53,259 bases of DNA from Actinomycetes bacterium (GTDB lineage Bacteria; Actinomycetota; Actinomycetes; JACCUZ01), in contig DASVBJ010000299.1 of assembly GCA_036375895.1 (NCBI GenBank), positions 1 to 53,259 on the forward strand. The letters run 5' to 3'. Of the stretch, positions 20,713 to 33,112 are shown piece after piece; the first letter of the stretch is position 1; each line of letters begins with the position of its first letter. The translations under genes were made by a program, and so were the position numbers. The notes under the pieces were generated by a model, which was not told the DNA's origin, did not search any database, and saw only the letters and a program-made list of their open reading frames with translations.

Positions 20713-20901
20713 AGTCAGCCTCCTCGCCGGTGCCGGTCCGGCGAGCGTAACGGGACCGCCCGCGACACCCGAGGGGGGTCCGGCGCGGCGGTTCTCCCCG
20801 CGACGGGCCCGGCCGTGCGGCAGGCTAAGTCCGGCCGTAGTCGGGTAAGTCGGTAATGAGCGGGCTGGGCACCCGACGCGACGGAGAAGACCGGGAGCAC
20901 C

Positions 20902-23034
20902 GTGAACCACCGCACCACCAGGCGTCCGCCGCTGCGTCCCGCGCTCGGCGCGGTCCCCGACGCCACCGGCACCACCTTCGCCGTCCACAGCGGCGGCGAG
21001 GCCGTGGACCTGTGCCTGTACGACGAGGCGGGCCGCGAGACACGACTCCCCCTGACGCACCGCACCCACGACGTCTGGCACCGGCGGGTCGAGGGCGTCG
21101 GGCCGGGCACGCGGTACGGGTTCCGGGTGCACGGCCCCTGGGACCCCTGGCACGGGCACCGCTACAACCCGGCCAAGCTCCTGCTCGACCCCTACGCGCG
21201 GGCCGTCGACGGCGCCCTGCAGATGGACGACGCCGTGTTCGGGCACGTGGTCGGCGCGGACGACACCGTGCGCGACGACCGCGACTCCGCGCCCTTCATG
21301 CCCCGCTCGGTCGTCGTCGACGGCGGCTTCGCGTGGGGTGACGACGCCCCGCCCCGCGTGCCGTGGGGCGAGACCGTGCTCTACGAGGCCCACGTCCGCG
21401 GACTGACCATGCGTCACCCGGAGGTGCCGGCCGCGCTGCGGGGCACGTACGCGGGGCTCGCCCACCCCGCCGTCGTCGAGCACCTCCTGAGGCTCGGCGT
21501 CACCAGCATCGAGCTGCTGCCGGTGCACCACTTCGTCAGCGAGCCGTTCCTGGCGCGCTCGGGTCGGACGAACTACTGGGGCTACAACTCGGTCGGCTTC
21601 TTCGCCCCGCACGGGCCTTACGCCGCGGCCGGCTCGCGCGGCGAGCAGGTCGACGAGTTCAAGGCGATGGTCCGGACGCTGCACGAGGCTGGCCTCGAGG
21701 TCATCCTCGACGTGGTCTACAACCACACCGGCGAGGGCGGGGCCGACGGGCCGACGCTGTCCCTGCGCGGCCTCGACAACGCGACGTACTACCGGCTCCG
21801 GCACGGACGGCTGTACGGCGACTTCACCGGCTGCGGCAACTCGCTGGACCTGCGCCGGCCGCCGACCCTGCAGCTGGTCACCGACTCGCTGCGCTACTGG
21901 GTCTCGGAGATGCACGTCGACGGCTTCCGGTTCGACCTCGCGCCGACCCTGGCCCGCGAGACCGACGGCTTCGACGCGCACCACGCCTTCCTGGCCGTCC
22001 TGGGCCAGGACCCGGTGCTGTCGCAGGTCAAGCTGATCGCCGAGCCCTGGGACGTCGGCCCGGGCGGCTACCAGCTCGGGCACTTCCCGCCGCCCTGGGC
22101 GGAGTGGAACGACCGCTACCGCGACACGATTCGCGACGCCTGGCTGGCTGACAACGCGCGCAAGCACGGCAGCGGCGTCCGCGACCTGGCCTACCGGCTG
22201 GCCGGCTCGTCGGACGTGTTCGAGGCCAGTGGCCGCGGCCCGCTCGCCTCGGTCAACTTCGTCACCGCCCACGACGGGTTCACGCTGCACGACCTGGTGA
22301 CCTACGAGCAGAAGGTCAACCACGTCAACGGCGAGGCCAACGCCGACGGCGCGGACCACAACCGCGGCTGGAACTGCGGCGTCGAGGGACCGACGGACGA
22401 CCCGCAGGTGCTGACCCTGCGTCGGCGCATGATGCGCAACCTGCTCGCCACCCTGCTGCTCTCGACCGGCGTGCCGATGCTCACCGCCGGGGACGAGACC
22501 GGGCGCAGCCAGCACGGCAACAACAACGGCTACTGCCTCGACGACCCGACGACGTGGCTGGTCTGGGAGACCGCCGGCTGGCAGCAGGACCTGCTGGAGT
22601 GGACGCGTGCCCTGCTGCGGCTGCGCCGGGAGCATCCGGTGCTGCGGCAGGGCGAGTTCTTCGACGGCCGCCCGCTGCACGAGGGCGGCCGCAAGGACCT
22701 CGCGTGGTTCGCACCGGACGGCCGGGAGATGACCGCTGAAGGGTGGTTCGACCACCGCCTGCGCGTGCTCGGCTGCTACCTGTCGGGCGACTTCGTCCAC
22801 GCCGAGGACGACGACGCCCCGGATGACCGCTCGGTGCTGATGCTGGTCAACACCGGGCCTGAGGACCAGGCGTTCGTGCTGCCGGCGGGGCCGTGGGCCA
22901 CGGCGTACGAGCCGCTGCTCGACACCACCGACGAGCGCCCGGCGCGCGAAGGCGAGCACCCCGGCCGGCTGGCGGCCGGGACGTCACTGCGACTCGGCCC
23001 GCACAGCCTGCGCCTGCTCGCCGCCTGCCACTGA
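20902..23034 (+). CDS. glgX: glycogen debranching enzyme
   Basis: 710 aa with GH13 motifs VILDVVYNHTGEG, GFRFDLA, LIAEPWD and FVTAHDGFTL, plus an N-terminal CBM48-like region. Confidence 0.93.
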   Translation: MNHRTTRRPPLRPALGAVPDATGTTFAVHSGGEAVDLCLYDEAGRETRLPLTHRTHDVWHRRVEGVGPGTRYGFRVHGPWDPWHGHRYNPAKLLLDPYARAVDGALQMDDAVFGHVVGADDTVRDDRDSAPFMPRSVVVDGGFAWGDDAPPRVPWGETVLYEAHVRGLTMRHPEVPAALRGTYAGLAHPAVVEHLLRLGVTSIELLPVHHFVSEPFLARSGRTNYWGYNSVGFFAPHGPYAAAGSRGEQVDEFKAMVRTLHEAGLEVILDVVYNHTGEGGADGPTLSLRGLDNATYYRLRHGRLYGDFTGCGNSLDLRRPPTLQLVTDSLRYWVSEMHVDGFRFDLAPTLARETDGFDAHHAFLAVLGQDPVLSQVKLIAEPWDVGPGGYQLGHFPPPWAEWNDRYRDTIRDAWLADNARKHGSGVRDLAYRLAGSSDVFEASGRGPLASVNFVTAHDGFTLHDLVTYEQKVNHVNGEANADGADHNRGWNCGVEGPTDDPQVLTLRRRMMRNLLATLLLSTGVPMLTAGDETGRSQHGNNNGYCLDDPTTWLVWETAGWQQDLLEWTRALLRLRREHPVLRQGEFFDGRPLHEGGRKDLAWFAPDGREMTAEGWFDHRLRVLGCYLSGDFVHAEDDDAPDDRSVLMLVNTGPEDQAFVLPAGPWATAYEPLLDTTDERPAREGEHPGRLAAGTSLRLGPHSLRLLAACH

Positions 23035-23041
23035 CCGCCGG

Positions 23042-25642
23042 TCAGCGCAGGTCGCCGGTCTCCATGCCCGCGCTCGGCGGCGGCAGCACGGCCAGCCCGA
23101 GCTCGGCCGAGGTCGCCAGCAGCCGGTGCTTCGGCACGATGCGGGTCGTGTAGCCGAACGGGCCCGTGTGCTCGAGCTTGACCTCACCGGCGTAGCGGTG
23201 CCGCCCGGCCTCGTAGGCCTCCGCGTGCTGGAGGGACACGACCGACGAGTCGGTGATCTGGTCGGACTCGTCGACCCGGCCGTGCACCACCTGCACGTCG
23301 ACGTCGCCGGGGTCGAGGTCACCGAGCGAGACGAACGCGCGCAGCTCGAGCGTGCTGCCGAGCTCGGGCGCGTCACCGACGCCCGACGACTCGACGTGGT
23401 CCACCCGCACGCTGCTCCACGCCGTGCGGACCTTGGCCTTCCAGGCAGCGAGCTCGCGGGCCCCCTCGTGGTCGTCGTTGAGCAGGCGGGCCGCGCTGGC
23501 CGCGGGCGAGTACAGCCCCTGGACGTAGTCGCGGACCATGCGGCTCGCCAGCACCTGCGGGCCGAGCGTCTGCAGGGTGTGGCGGACCATCTCGATCCAG
23601 CGGGCCGGCAGCCCGTCGCTGTCACGGTCGTAGAACAGCGGCGCGACCGTGTGCTCGATGAGGTCGTACAGCGCGCCGGCCTCGAGTTCGTCACGGTGGT
23701 CGGGGTCGTCGACGCCGTCGGCCGTCGGGATCGCCCAGCCGTTGTGGCCGTCGAACATCTCGTCCCACCAGCCGTCGAGGACCGACAGGTTGAGGCAGCC
23801 GTTGAGCGCCGCCTTCATGCCCGACGTGCCACAGGCCTCCAGCGGGCGCAGCGGGTTGTTGAGCCAGACGTCGCAGCCCGGGTAGAGCTTCTGGGCCATC
23901 GCGATGTCGTAGTTGGGCAGGAACACGATGCGGTTGCGCACCGCCGGGTCGTCGGTGAACCGCACGAGCTCTTGGATCAGCTTCTTGCCGCCGTCGTCAG
24001 CGGGGTGGGCCTTGCCGGCGATCACGAGCTGCACCGGTCGTTCGGGGTCGAGCAGCAGGGCCTTCAGCCGGGCCGGGTCGCGCAGCATGAGCGTGAGCCG
24101 CTTGTACGACGGGACGCGCCGTGCGAAGCCGATGGTCAGGACGTCCGGGTTGAGCACCTTCTCGACCCAGCCGAGCTCGGCCGCGCTCGCCCCGCGCTGC
24201 AGCCACGACGCCCGCAGCCGGGCCCGGACGTCGTCGACGAGCCGCGCCCGAAGGGCCCGGCGCACATCCCAGAGGCGCTCGTCGGGCACCCGCTCGATGC
24301 CCTCCCAGCCGTGCGCCTCGTGGACGAGCTCGGGGCCGATCTCGCGCTCGGCCAGGTCGAGGACCTCGGGCGCCACCCAGGTCGGGGCGTGCACGCCGTT
24401 GGTGATGTGGCCGATCGGCACCTCGGGCGGGTCGAAGCCCGGCCACAGGCCGGCGAACATGCTCCTGCTCACGCTGCCGTGCAGCTCGGAGACGCCGTTG
24501 GCCCGCTGGGCCAGCCGCAAGCCCATGACCGCCATGTTGAACACCGAGGGGTCGCCGCCCTCGTAGTCCTCGGCGCCGAGGGCCAGCACCCGCTCGACGG
24601 GCACGCCCGGGCAGGCGTTGTCGCCCCCGAAGTACTGCTCGATCAGCTCGCGGGAGAAGCGGTCGATGCCCGCGGGCACCGGAGTGTGGGTCGTGAACAC
24701 CGTCGCCGACCGGGCCGCCTCGATCGCGTCGTCGAAGGTCAGGCCGGACTCCTCGGTGAGCTCGCGGATGCGCTCGACCCCGAGGAAGCCCGCGTGCCCC
24801 TCGTTGGTGTGGAACACCTCGGGCGCGCTCGCCCCGGTGAGCCGCGAGTAGGCGCGCAGCGCCCGCACACCACCGATCCCGAGCAGCATCTCCTGGAGCA
24901 GCCGGTGCTCGCTGCCGCCGCCGTAGAGCCGGTCGGTCACCTCCCGCTCCGCCGGCGCGTTGTCCTCGACGTCGGAGTCGAGCAGGAGCAGCGGCACCCG
25001 GCCCACCTGCGCCCTCCACACCTGCGCCACGAGCTTCCGCGAGCCGGGCAGCCAGACCCGCACCTTGAGCGGCGAGCCGTCGGCCTCGCGCACCAACGAG
25101 ATCGGCAGCCCGTTCGGGTCGATGACCGGGTAGCGCTCCTGCTGCCAGCCCTCACGGGAGAGCGACTGGGCGAAGTAGCCGGAGCGGTAGAGCAGACCGA
25201 CCCCGACGATCGGCACACCGAGGTCCGACGCGGCCTTCAGGTGGTCCCCGGCGAGGATGCCGAGGCCGCCCGAGTACTGCGGCAGCACGGCCGTGATGCC
25301 GAACTCCGGCGAGAAGTACGCGATCGAGGCGGGGGCCTGCTCGCCCAGCGACTGGTACCACCGGTCGCCGGCGACGTACTCGCGCAGGTTCGCGGCGGCG
25401 TGCTCCACCCGGCCGACGACCTCCTGGTCCTCGGCCAGCGCCGCCAGCCGGTCCGGGCCGAGCGCCCCGAGCAGGGCCACGGGATCGTGGCCGACCTGGT
25501 CCCAGACCTCGGGATCGAGGCTGCGGAACAGGTGCTGGGACGCGGAGTGCCAGGACCAACGCAGGTTGAGCGCGAGCTCCCCGAGCGGGGCGAGCGGGGC
25601 CGGCAGGACGGTGCGGACGGTGAATCGACGGATGGCCTTCAC
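23042..25642 (-). CDS. glgP: alpha-glucan phosphorylase (GT35, actinobacterial GlgP type)
   Basis: Begins VKAIRRFTVRTVLPAPLAPL at GTG 25642; ATG 25678 and the ORF start 25711 are alternatives. PLP-lysine context is GTSGMKAALNG. Confidence 0.9.
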   Translation of the reverse strand: MKAIRRFTVRTVLPAPLAPLGELALNLRWSWHSASQHLFRSLDPEVWDQVGHDPVALLGALGPDRLAALAEDQEVVGRVEHAAANLREYVAGDRWYQSLGEQAPASIAYFSPEFGITAVLPQYSGGLGILAGDHLKAASDLGVPIVGVGLLYRSGYFAQSLSREGWQQERYPVIDPNGLPISLVREADGSPLKVRVWLPGSRKLVAQVWRAQVGRVPLLLLDSDVEDNAPAEREVTDRLYGGGSEHRLLQEMLLGIGGVRALRAYSRLTGASAPEVFHTNEGHAGFLGVERIRELTEESGLTFDDAIEAARSATVFTTHTPVPAGIDRFSRELIEQYFGGDNACPGVPVERVLALGAEDYEGGDPSVFNMAVMGLRLAQRANGVSELHGSVSRSMFAGLWPGFDPPEVPIGHITNGVHAPTWVAPEVLDLAEREIGPELVHEAHGWEGIERVPDERLWDVRRALRARLVDDVRARLRASWLQRGASAAELGWVEKVLNPDVLTIGFARRVPSYKRLTLMLRDPARLKALLLDPERPVQLVIAGKAHPADDGGKKLIQELVRFTDDPAVRNRIVFLPNYDIAMAQKLYPGCDVWLNNPLRPLEACGTSGMKAALNGCLNLSVLDGWWDEMFDGHNGWAIPTADGVDDPDHRDELEAGALYDLIEHTVAPLFYDRDSDGLPARWIEMVRHTLQTLGPQVLASRMVRDYVQGLYSPAASAARLLNDDHEGARELAAWKAKVRTAWSSVRVDHVESSGVGDAPELGSTLELRAFVSLGDLDPGDVDVQVVHGRVDESDQITDSSVVSLQHAEAYEAGRHRYAGEVKLEHTGPFGYTTRIVPKHRLLATSAELGLAVLPPPSAGMETGDLR

Positions 25643-25752
25643 TGGCGAGACGATACCGGCAGGCCGCGATGGGGACATCTGCGTCCCGGCGCGCGTCCAC
25701 CCACGGGACACGGGATGTGCACGGAGCGGCTAGGTGGGTAGGTTCCGTGGCG

Positions 25753-27731
25753 ATGACTGGACGCATCCCGATCATTGACGTGCAGCCCGCCGAGGGCTGC
25801 GGCAGGTGGCCGGCCAAGGCCGTCGTCGGCGAGACCTTCGAGGTCAGCGCCACGGTGTTCCGCGAGGGTCACGACGCGGTCAACGCCAACGTCGTGCTCC
25901 GCGACCCGAAGGGCCGCAAGGGCCCGTGGACGCCGATGCACCTGACGGTGCCGGGCACCGACCGGTGGGTCGCCGACGTCACGCCGACCAGCGAGGGCCG
26001 GTGGACCTTCTGCATCGAGGCGTGGAGCGACCCGGTGGCCACCTGGCACCACGCGGCGACGATCAAGGTCGCCGCGGGGGTCGACGTCGACCTGATGCTG
26101 GAGGAGGGGGCAGTGCTGCTCCAGCGGGCGGCGCAGGGCAGCCGTCCGGCCGCGGGCCGCCGCGCGCTGCTCGACGCCGTGGCGGCCCTGCGCGACGAGT
26201 CGCGCCCGGTCGAGGCCCGGCTGGCGGCCGCCGACTCACCGGACGTGCTGGCGACCCTGCAGGCCCACCCCCTGCGCGACCACGTCACCACCAGCGAGCG
26301 GCTGCCGCTGGTGGTCGACCGGGAGCGGGCGCTGTTCAGCAGCTGGTACGAGTTCTTCCCCCGGTCGGAGGGCGCGACCTTCGACCCGTCGACCGGCCGC
26401 ACCCGGTCGGGCACGTTCCGCACCGCCATGGAGCGGCTGCCCGCGGTGGCGAAGATGGGCTTCGACATCGTCTACCTCCCGCCGATCCACCCCATCGGCA
26501 GCACCAACCGCAAGGGGCCCAACAACACCCTCACGCCCGGGCCGGACGACCCCGGCTCCCCGTGGGCCATCGGCGGCCCGGAGGGCGGCCACGACGCGGT
26601 GCACCCCGACCTCGGCACGATCGACGACTTCGACGCCTTCGTGGCGCGGGCCCGCGAGCTCGGCCTGGAGGTCGCGCTGGACCTCGCCCTGCAGTGCTCC
26701 CCCGACCATCCCTGGGTCAAGGAGCACCCGGAGTGGTTCACGGTGCTCGCCGACGGCACCATCGCGTACGCGGAGAACCCGCCGAAGAAGTACCAGGACA
26801 TCTACCCGGTCAACTTCGACCGCGACCCCGAGGGCATCTACGCCGAGGTGCTGCGGGTGGTGCGCCACTGGATGGACCACGGCGTGCGCGTCTTCCGCGT
26901 GGACAACCCGCACACCAAGCCGGTCATGTTCTGGGAGTGGCTGCTCGGCGAGGTCCGCCGTACCGACCCGGACGTCCTCTTCCTGTCGGAGGCCTTCACG
27001 CGGCCGGCGATGATGCAGACCCTGGCCCGGGTCGGCTTCCACCAGTCCTACACGTACTTCACGTGGCGCAACGAGCGATGGGAGCTGGAGGAGTACCTCA
27101 CCGAGCTCTCGCAGGAGACCGGCCACTTCCTGCGGCCCAACTTCTTCGTCAACACACCGGACATCCTGCACGCGTTCCTGCAGTACGGCGGGCCGCCGGC
27201 CTTCAAGCTGCGCGCCGTGCTGGCGGCGACCCTGTCGCCCTCCTGGGGCGTCTACGCGGGCTACGAGCTGTTCGAGCACGTGGCCGTCCGGCCGGGCAGC
27301 GAGGAGTACCTCGACTCGGAGAAGTACCAGATCCGGCTGCGCGACTGGGCCGCCGCCGAGGCGGACGGCCGCTCGCTCGCGCCGTACCTCACCCGGCTGA
27401 ACGAGCTGCGGCGCCGCCACCCGGCGCTGCAGCGGCTGCGCAACCTGACGTTCCACGAGACCGACAACGACAAGGTCATCTGCTACTCGAAGCGGGACGG
27501 CCGCGGCCCCGAGGCCGACACCGTCATCGTCGTCGTCAACCTGGACCCGCACGGGGCCCGGGAGGCGACCGTGCGTCTGGACATGCCCGCGCTGGGCCTG
27601 GACTGGACCGACTCCCTCGCCGTCCATGACGAGCTCAACGGGGAGACCTACGTCTGGGGCGAGCACAACTACGTGCGGCTGGACCCCTTCGTCGAGCCCG
27701 CACACGTGTTCACGGTCCGGAGGACCAGCCG

Positions 27732-27735
<4 letters not shown>
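25753..27735 (+). CDS. glgE: alpha-1,4-glucan:maltose-1-phosphate maltosyltransferase
   Basis: Begins [43 protein letters not shown], the characteristic GlgE N-terminus, followed by a GH13 catalytic core. Stop overlaps the treS start (GTGA). Confidence 0.92.
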
Positions 27736-29447
<1,712 letters not shown>

Positions 29448-30845
29448 ATGGACACCGCGGCACTCACCGCCTTCCTGGGCGAGCAGCGCTGGTTCGCCGG
29501 CAAGGGACGCAGCTGGCAGGTCAGCTCCGTCACGACGCTGGGCTGGCTGCGCGAGCAGATGCCCGCCGTGCGCATCGTGCTCGTGACCGTCGCCTACGAG
29601 GACGGGGACACCGAGACCTACCAGCTCCCGCTGGTGCACCACGCCGGCCCGGTCGAGCACCTGCTGCACGCGATGGTCGGCGAGGACATCGACCAGGAGG
29701 GCCACCACACCTTCGTGTTCGACGCGCTGCACGACAAGGACGCCACCGGCGTCTGGCTCGACGGCATCGCGCGGGAGCGCTCCGGCGACGGCTGGCGGTT
29801 CCACCGGGACCCGAGCGCCACCGAGCTGCCGGAGCCGGGCCCGTCGATCGTCATCGGCGCCGAACAGAGCAACACCTCGGTGGTCTTCGGCTCCTCGGTG
29901 ATCCTCAAGTCGTTCCGCAAGGTCTCCCCCGGGCTCAACCCCGACATCGAGGTGCACTCGGCACTCGCCGCGGCCGGCAGCACCCACATCGCCCGGCCGC
30001 TCGGCTGGCTCGAGGGACGCTGGCACGGCGCACCGGGCGACGGCGAGGCCTCGGCCAGCCTGGCCATGGCCCAGGAGTTCCTGCACAACGCCACCGAGGG
30101 CTGGGAGCTCGCGAAGACCAGTGTGCGCGACCTCTACGCCGAGGGCGACCTGCACGCCGACGAGGTCGGCGGGGACTTCGCCGGGGAGGCGCACCGCCTG
30201 GGCGCGACGACCGCCGAGGTGCACCGCGACCTGGCGGCCGCCCTCCCGACGGCCACTCTGGACCCGAAGGAGCTCGCCCTGCTCGCCGGTGCGATGCGCG
30301 AGCGGCTCGAGCGGGCCGCCGCGGAGGTCACCGAGCTGGGCCCGTACGTCGAGGCGTTGCGCGCAGCCTTCGACGACGTCGCCGCGATCCGCGATCCCGT
30401 ACACGTGCAACGGGTGCACGGCGACTACCACCTCGGCCAGGTCATGCGCACGCTCGAGGGCTGGATGCTGCTCGACTTCGAGGGCGAGCCCGCGCGCCCC
30501 CTCGAGCAGCGCCGCGCCCTCGACTCGCCGCTCAAGGACGTCGCCGGCATGCTGCGGTCGTTCGACTACGCGGCCCGCCACCTGCTCGCCGACTACCCCC
30601 ACGACTCCCAGCGGGAGTACCGCGCCGCCGAGTGGGCAGACCGCAACCGCGTCGCCTTCTGTCGGGGCTACGCCGAGGTCAGCGGCCGCGATCCGCGCGA
30701 CGACGCCGTCCTGCTGCGTGCCTTCGAGACCGACAAGGCTGTGTACGAGGTGATGTACGAGGCCAGGAACCGGCCCCGCTGGCTGCCCATCCCGATGTCC
30801 GCCATCCACAGGCTCGCCGCCACCGGCGAGGAGGGAGCACCGTGA
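29448..30845 (+). CDS. pep2: maltokinase
   Basis: 465 aa beginning [23 protein letters not shown], with a kinase-like HGDYHLGQV motif. ATG immediately follows the treS TAG, so it is a separate gene, not fused. Confidence 0.88.
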   Translation: MDTAALTAFLGEQRWFAGKGRSWQVSSVTTLGWLREQMPAVRIVLVTVAYEDGDTETYQLPLVHHAGPVEHLLHAMVGEDIDQEGHHTFVFDALHDKDATGVWLDGIARERSGDGWRFHRDPSATELPEPGPSIVIGAEQSNTSVVFGSSVILKSFRKVSPGLNPDIEVHSALAAAGSTHIARPLGWLEGRWHGAPGDGEASASLAMAQEFLHNATEGWELAKTSVRDLYAEGDLHADEVGGDFAGEAHRLGATTAEVHRDLAAALPTATLDPKELALLAGAMRERLERAAAEVTELGPYVEALRAAFDDVAAIRDPVHVQRVHGDYHLGQVMRTLEGWMLLDFEGEPARPLEQRRALDSPLKDVAGMLRSFDYAARHLLADYPHDSQREYRAAEWADRNRVAFCRGYAEVSGRDPRDDAVLLRAFETDKAVYEVMYEARNRPRWLPIPMSAIHRLAATGEEGAP

Positions 30846-33034
30846 GACAGGCCATGCAGCAGACGCCCCGGCCGGTGAGCCAGGAGGACCTGCAGCGGCT
30901 GGTCGCAGGCGCGCACCACGACCCGCACTCGATCCTTGGGCCGCACCCCGGCGACGGGACCGAGGGTGTGACCATCCGCACGCTGCGGCCCTGGGCCACG
31001 GCCGTGACCGTGCTCGTCGGCAGCGACCGCCACGAGCTGCGGCACGAGCACGGCGGCGTGTGGGTCGGTGTCGTCCCCGGGCCGGACGTCCCCGACTACC
31101 GGCTCGAGGTCGCGTACGACGGGCCGGGTGCCGTCGTCGACGATCCCTACCGGTTCCTGCCGACGCTGGGCGAGTTCGACCTGCACCTCATCGGAGAGGG
31201 CCGCCACGAGCAGCTCTGGCAGGTGCTCGGCGCCCACACCCGCAGCTACCAGGGTCTGGCCGGCACGGTCCACGGCACGTCCTTCGCGGTCTGGGCGCCC
31301 AGCGCCCAGGGGGTCCGCGTCGTCGGCGACTTCAACTACTGGGACGGCCGGGCGCACCCGATGCGGGCCATGGGCTCCACCGGCGTGTGGGAGCTGTTCG
31401 TCCCCGGGGCGGGCGACGGCGCCCACTACAAGTTCGAGGTGCTGGGCCAGGACGGGGTGTGGCGCCAGAAGGCCGACCCGATGGCCTTCCGGACGGAGAC
31501 CCCGCCGGCGACCGCCTCGGTCGTCTTCACGTCTGCCTACGAGTGGGGCGACGACGAGTGGCTGGACCGGCGGGCCAAGACCGACCCCCTCACCAGCCCG
31601 ATGAGCATCTACGAGGTGCACCTCGGCTCGTGGCGCCAGGGCCTGTCCTACCGTCAGCTCGCCGACGACCTGGTCGGGCACGTGAAGTACCTGGGCTTCA
31701 CCCACGTCGAGTTCCTGCCCGTGGCGGAGCACCCGTTCGGCGGCTCCTGGGGCTACCAGGTCTCCTCCTACTTCGCCCCCACGTCGCGGTTCGGCTCCCC
31801 CGACGACCTGCGCTACCTCATCGACCGCCTGCACCAGGCCGGCATCGGCGTCATCGTCGACTGGGTGCCGGCCCACTTCCCCAAGGACGCGTGGGCCCTG
31901 GCCCGCTTCGACGGGACGGCGCTCTACGAGCACCCCGACCCTCGTCGTGGCGAGCAGCCCGACTGGGGCACCTACGTGTTCGACTTCGGCCGCACCGAGG
32001 TGCGCAACTTCCTGGTCGCCAACGCCCTCTACTGGCTCGAGGAGTTCCACGTCGACGGCCTGCGGGTCGACGCGGTCGCGTCGATGCTCTACCTCGACTA
32101 CTCGCGCAAGGAGGGCGAGTGGCTGCCCAACCAGTTCGGCGGCCGCGAGAACCTCGACGCGGTGTCGTTCCTGCAGGAGGTGAACGCCACGGCGTACCGG
32201 CGCGTGCCCGGGATCGTGACCATCGCCGAGGAGTCCACGGCCTGGCCGGGAGTCACCCGGCCGACCCACCTCGGCGGGCTCGGCTTCGGCTTCAAGTGGA
32301 ACATGGGCTGGATGCACGACTCGCTCGGCTACATGAGCCGCGAGCCGATCTACCGGCAGTACCACCACCACCAGATGACGTTCTCGATGATGTACGCCTA
32401 CTCCGAGAACTACGTGCTGCCGATCTCCCACGACGAGGTGGTGCACGGCAAGGGCTCGCTGCTGCGCAAGATGCCCGGTGACCGGTGGCAGCAGCTCGCC
32501 AACCTGCGCGCCTACCTCGCGTTCATGTGGGCGCACCCGGGCAAGCAGCTCCTGTTCATGGGATCGGAGCTCGGCCAGGAGTCGGAGTGGGCGGAGTCGC
32601 GCAGCCTCGACTGGTGGCTCACGGACAACCCCGACCACCGGGGCGTACAGACCCTCGTGCACGACCTCAACCGGGCTTACCACGACACCTCGGCCCTGTG
32701 GTCGCGCGACGCCGAGCCCGACGGGTTCCAGTGGATCGACGCCAACGATGCGGGCAACAACACGTTCTCGTTCCTGCGCTACGGGAACGACGGGTCAGCG
32801 CTGGCCTGCGTCGCCAACTTCTCGGCGGTCCCCCACGAGGGCTACCGGATCGGCCTGCCGCTGCCCGGGCGCTGGGACGAGGTGCTCAACACCGATGCCG
32901 ATGTGTACAGCGGCAGCGGCGTCGGCAACCTCGGCGGCGTGGACGCGTCCGACGAGCCCTGGCACGGGCAGCCCGCGTCGGTGTCCCTGCGGGTCCCGCC
33001 GCTGGGCACGGTCTGGCTGCGTCACGCCGGCTGA
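30842..33034 (+). CDS. glgB: 1,4-alpha-glucan branching enzyme
   Basis: 730 aa from GTG 30842, which overlaps the pep2 stop (GTGA); ATG 30854 is an alternative. Motifs are [25 protein letters not shown] and [13 protein letters not shown]. It is the C-terminal part of the run-on ORF 27926-33034. Confidence 0.95.
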   Translation: MRQAMQQTPRPVSQEDLQRLVAGAHHDPHSILGPHPGDGTEGVTIRTLRPWATAVTVLVGSDRHELRHEHGGVWVGVVPGPDVPDYRLEVAYDGPGAVVDDPYRFLPTLGEFDLHLIGEGRHEQLWQVLGAHTRSYQGLAGTVHGTSFAVWAPSAQGVRVVGDFNYWDGRAHPMRAMGSTGVWELFVPGAGDGAHYKFEVLGQDGVWRQKADPMAFRTETPPATASVVFTSAYEWGDDEWLDRRAKTDPLTSPMSIYEVHLGSWRQGLSYRQLADDLVGHVKYLGFTHVEFLPVAEHPFGGSWGYQVSSYFAPTSRFGSPDDLRYLIDRLHQAGIGVIVDWVPAHFPKDAWALARFDGTALYEHPDPRRGEQPDWGTYVFDFGRTEVRNFLVANALYWLEEFHVDGLRVDAVASMLYLDYSRKEGEWLPNQFGGRENLDAVSFLQEVNATAYRRVPGIVTIAEESTAWPGVTRPTHLGGLGFGFKWNMGWMHDSLGYMSREPIYRQYHHHQMTFSMMYAYSENYVLPISHDEVVHGKGSLLRKMPGDRWQQLANLRAYLAFMWAHPGKQLLFMGSELGQESEWAESRSLDWWLTDNPDHRGVQTLVHDLNRAYHDTSALWSRDAEPDGFQWIDANDAGNNTFSFLRYGNDGSALACVANFSAVPHEGYRIGLPLPGRWDEVLNTDADVYSGSGVGNLGGVDASDEPWHGQPASVSLRVPPLGTVWLRHAG

Positions 33035-33112
33035 CCGTGCCGCCGCCGCCGCGGAGGCGGACGGGCCCCGGTGGTCCGGTCCGGCTGCGCCGCCCGGGGA
33101 CGCCGTGCCACG

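Noticed and set aside
20713-22959. Upstream ~750 aa of minus-strand ORF 19927-22959
   Set aside because: It is antisense to glgX. Only the last 261 aa (enoyl-CoA hydratase) show motifs and an SD-preceded start.
23126-25741. 871-aa plus-strand ORF
   Set aside because: It is antisense to glgP and has shadow-ORF composition.
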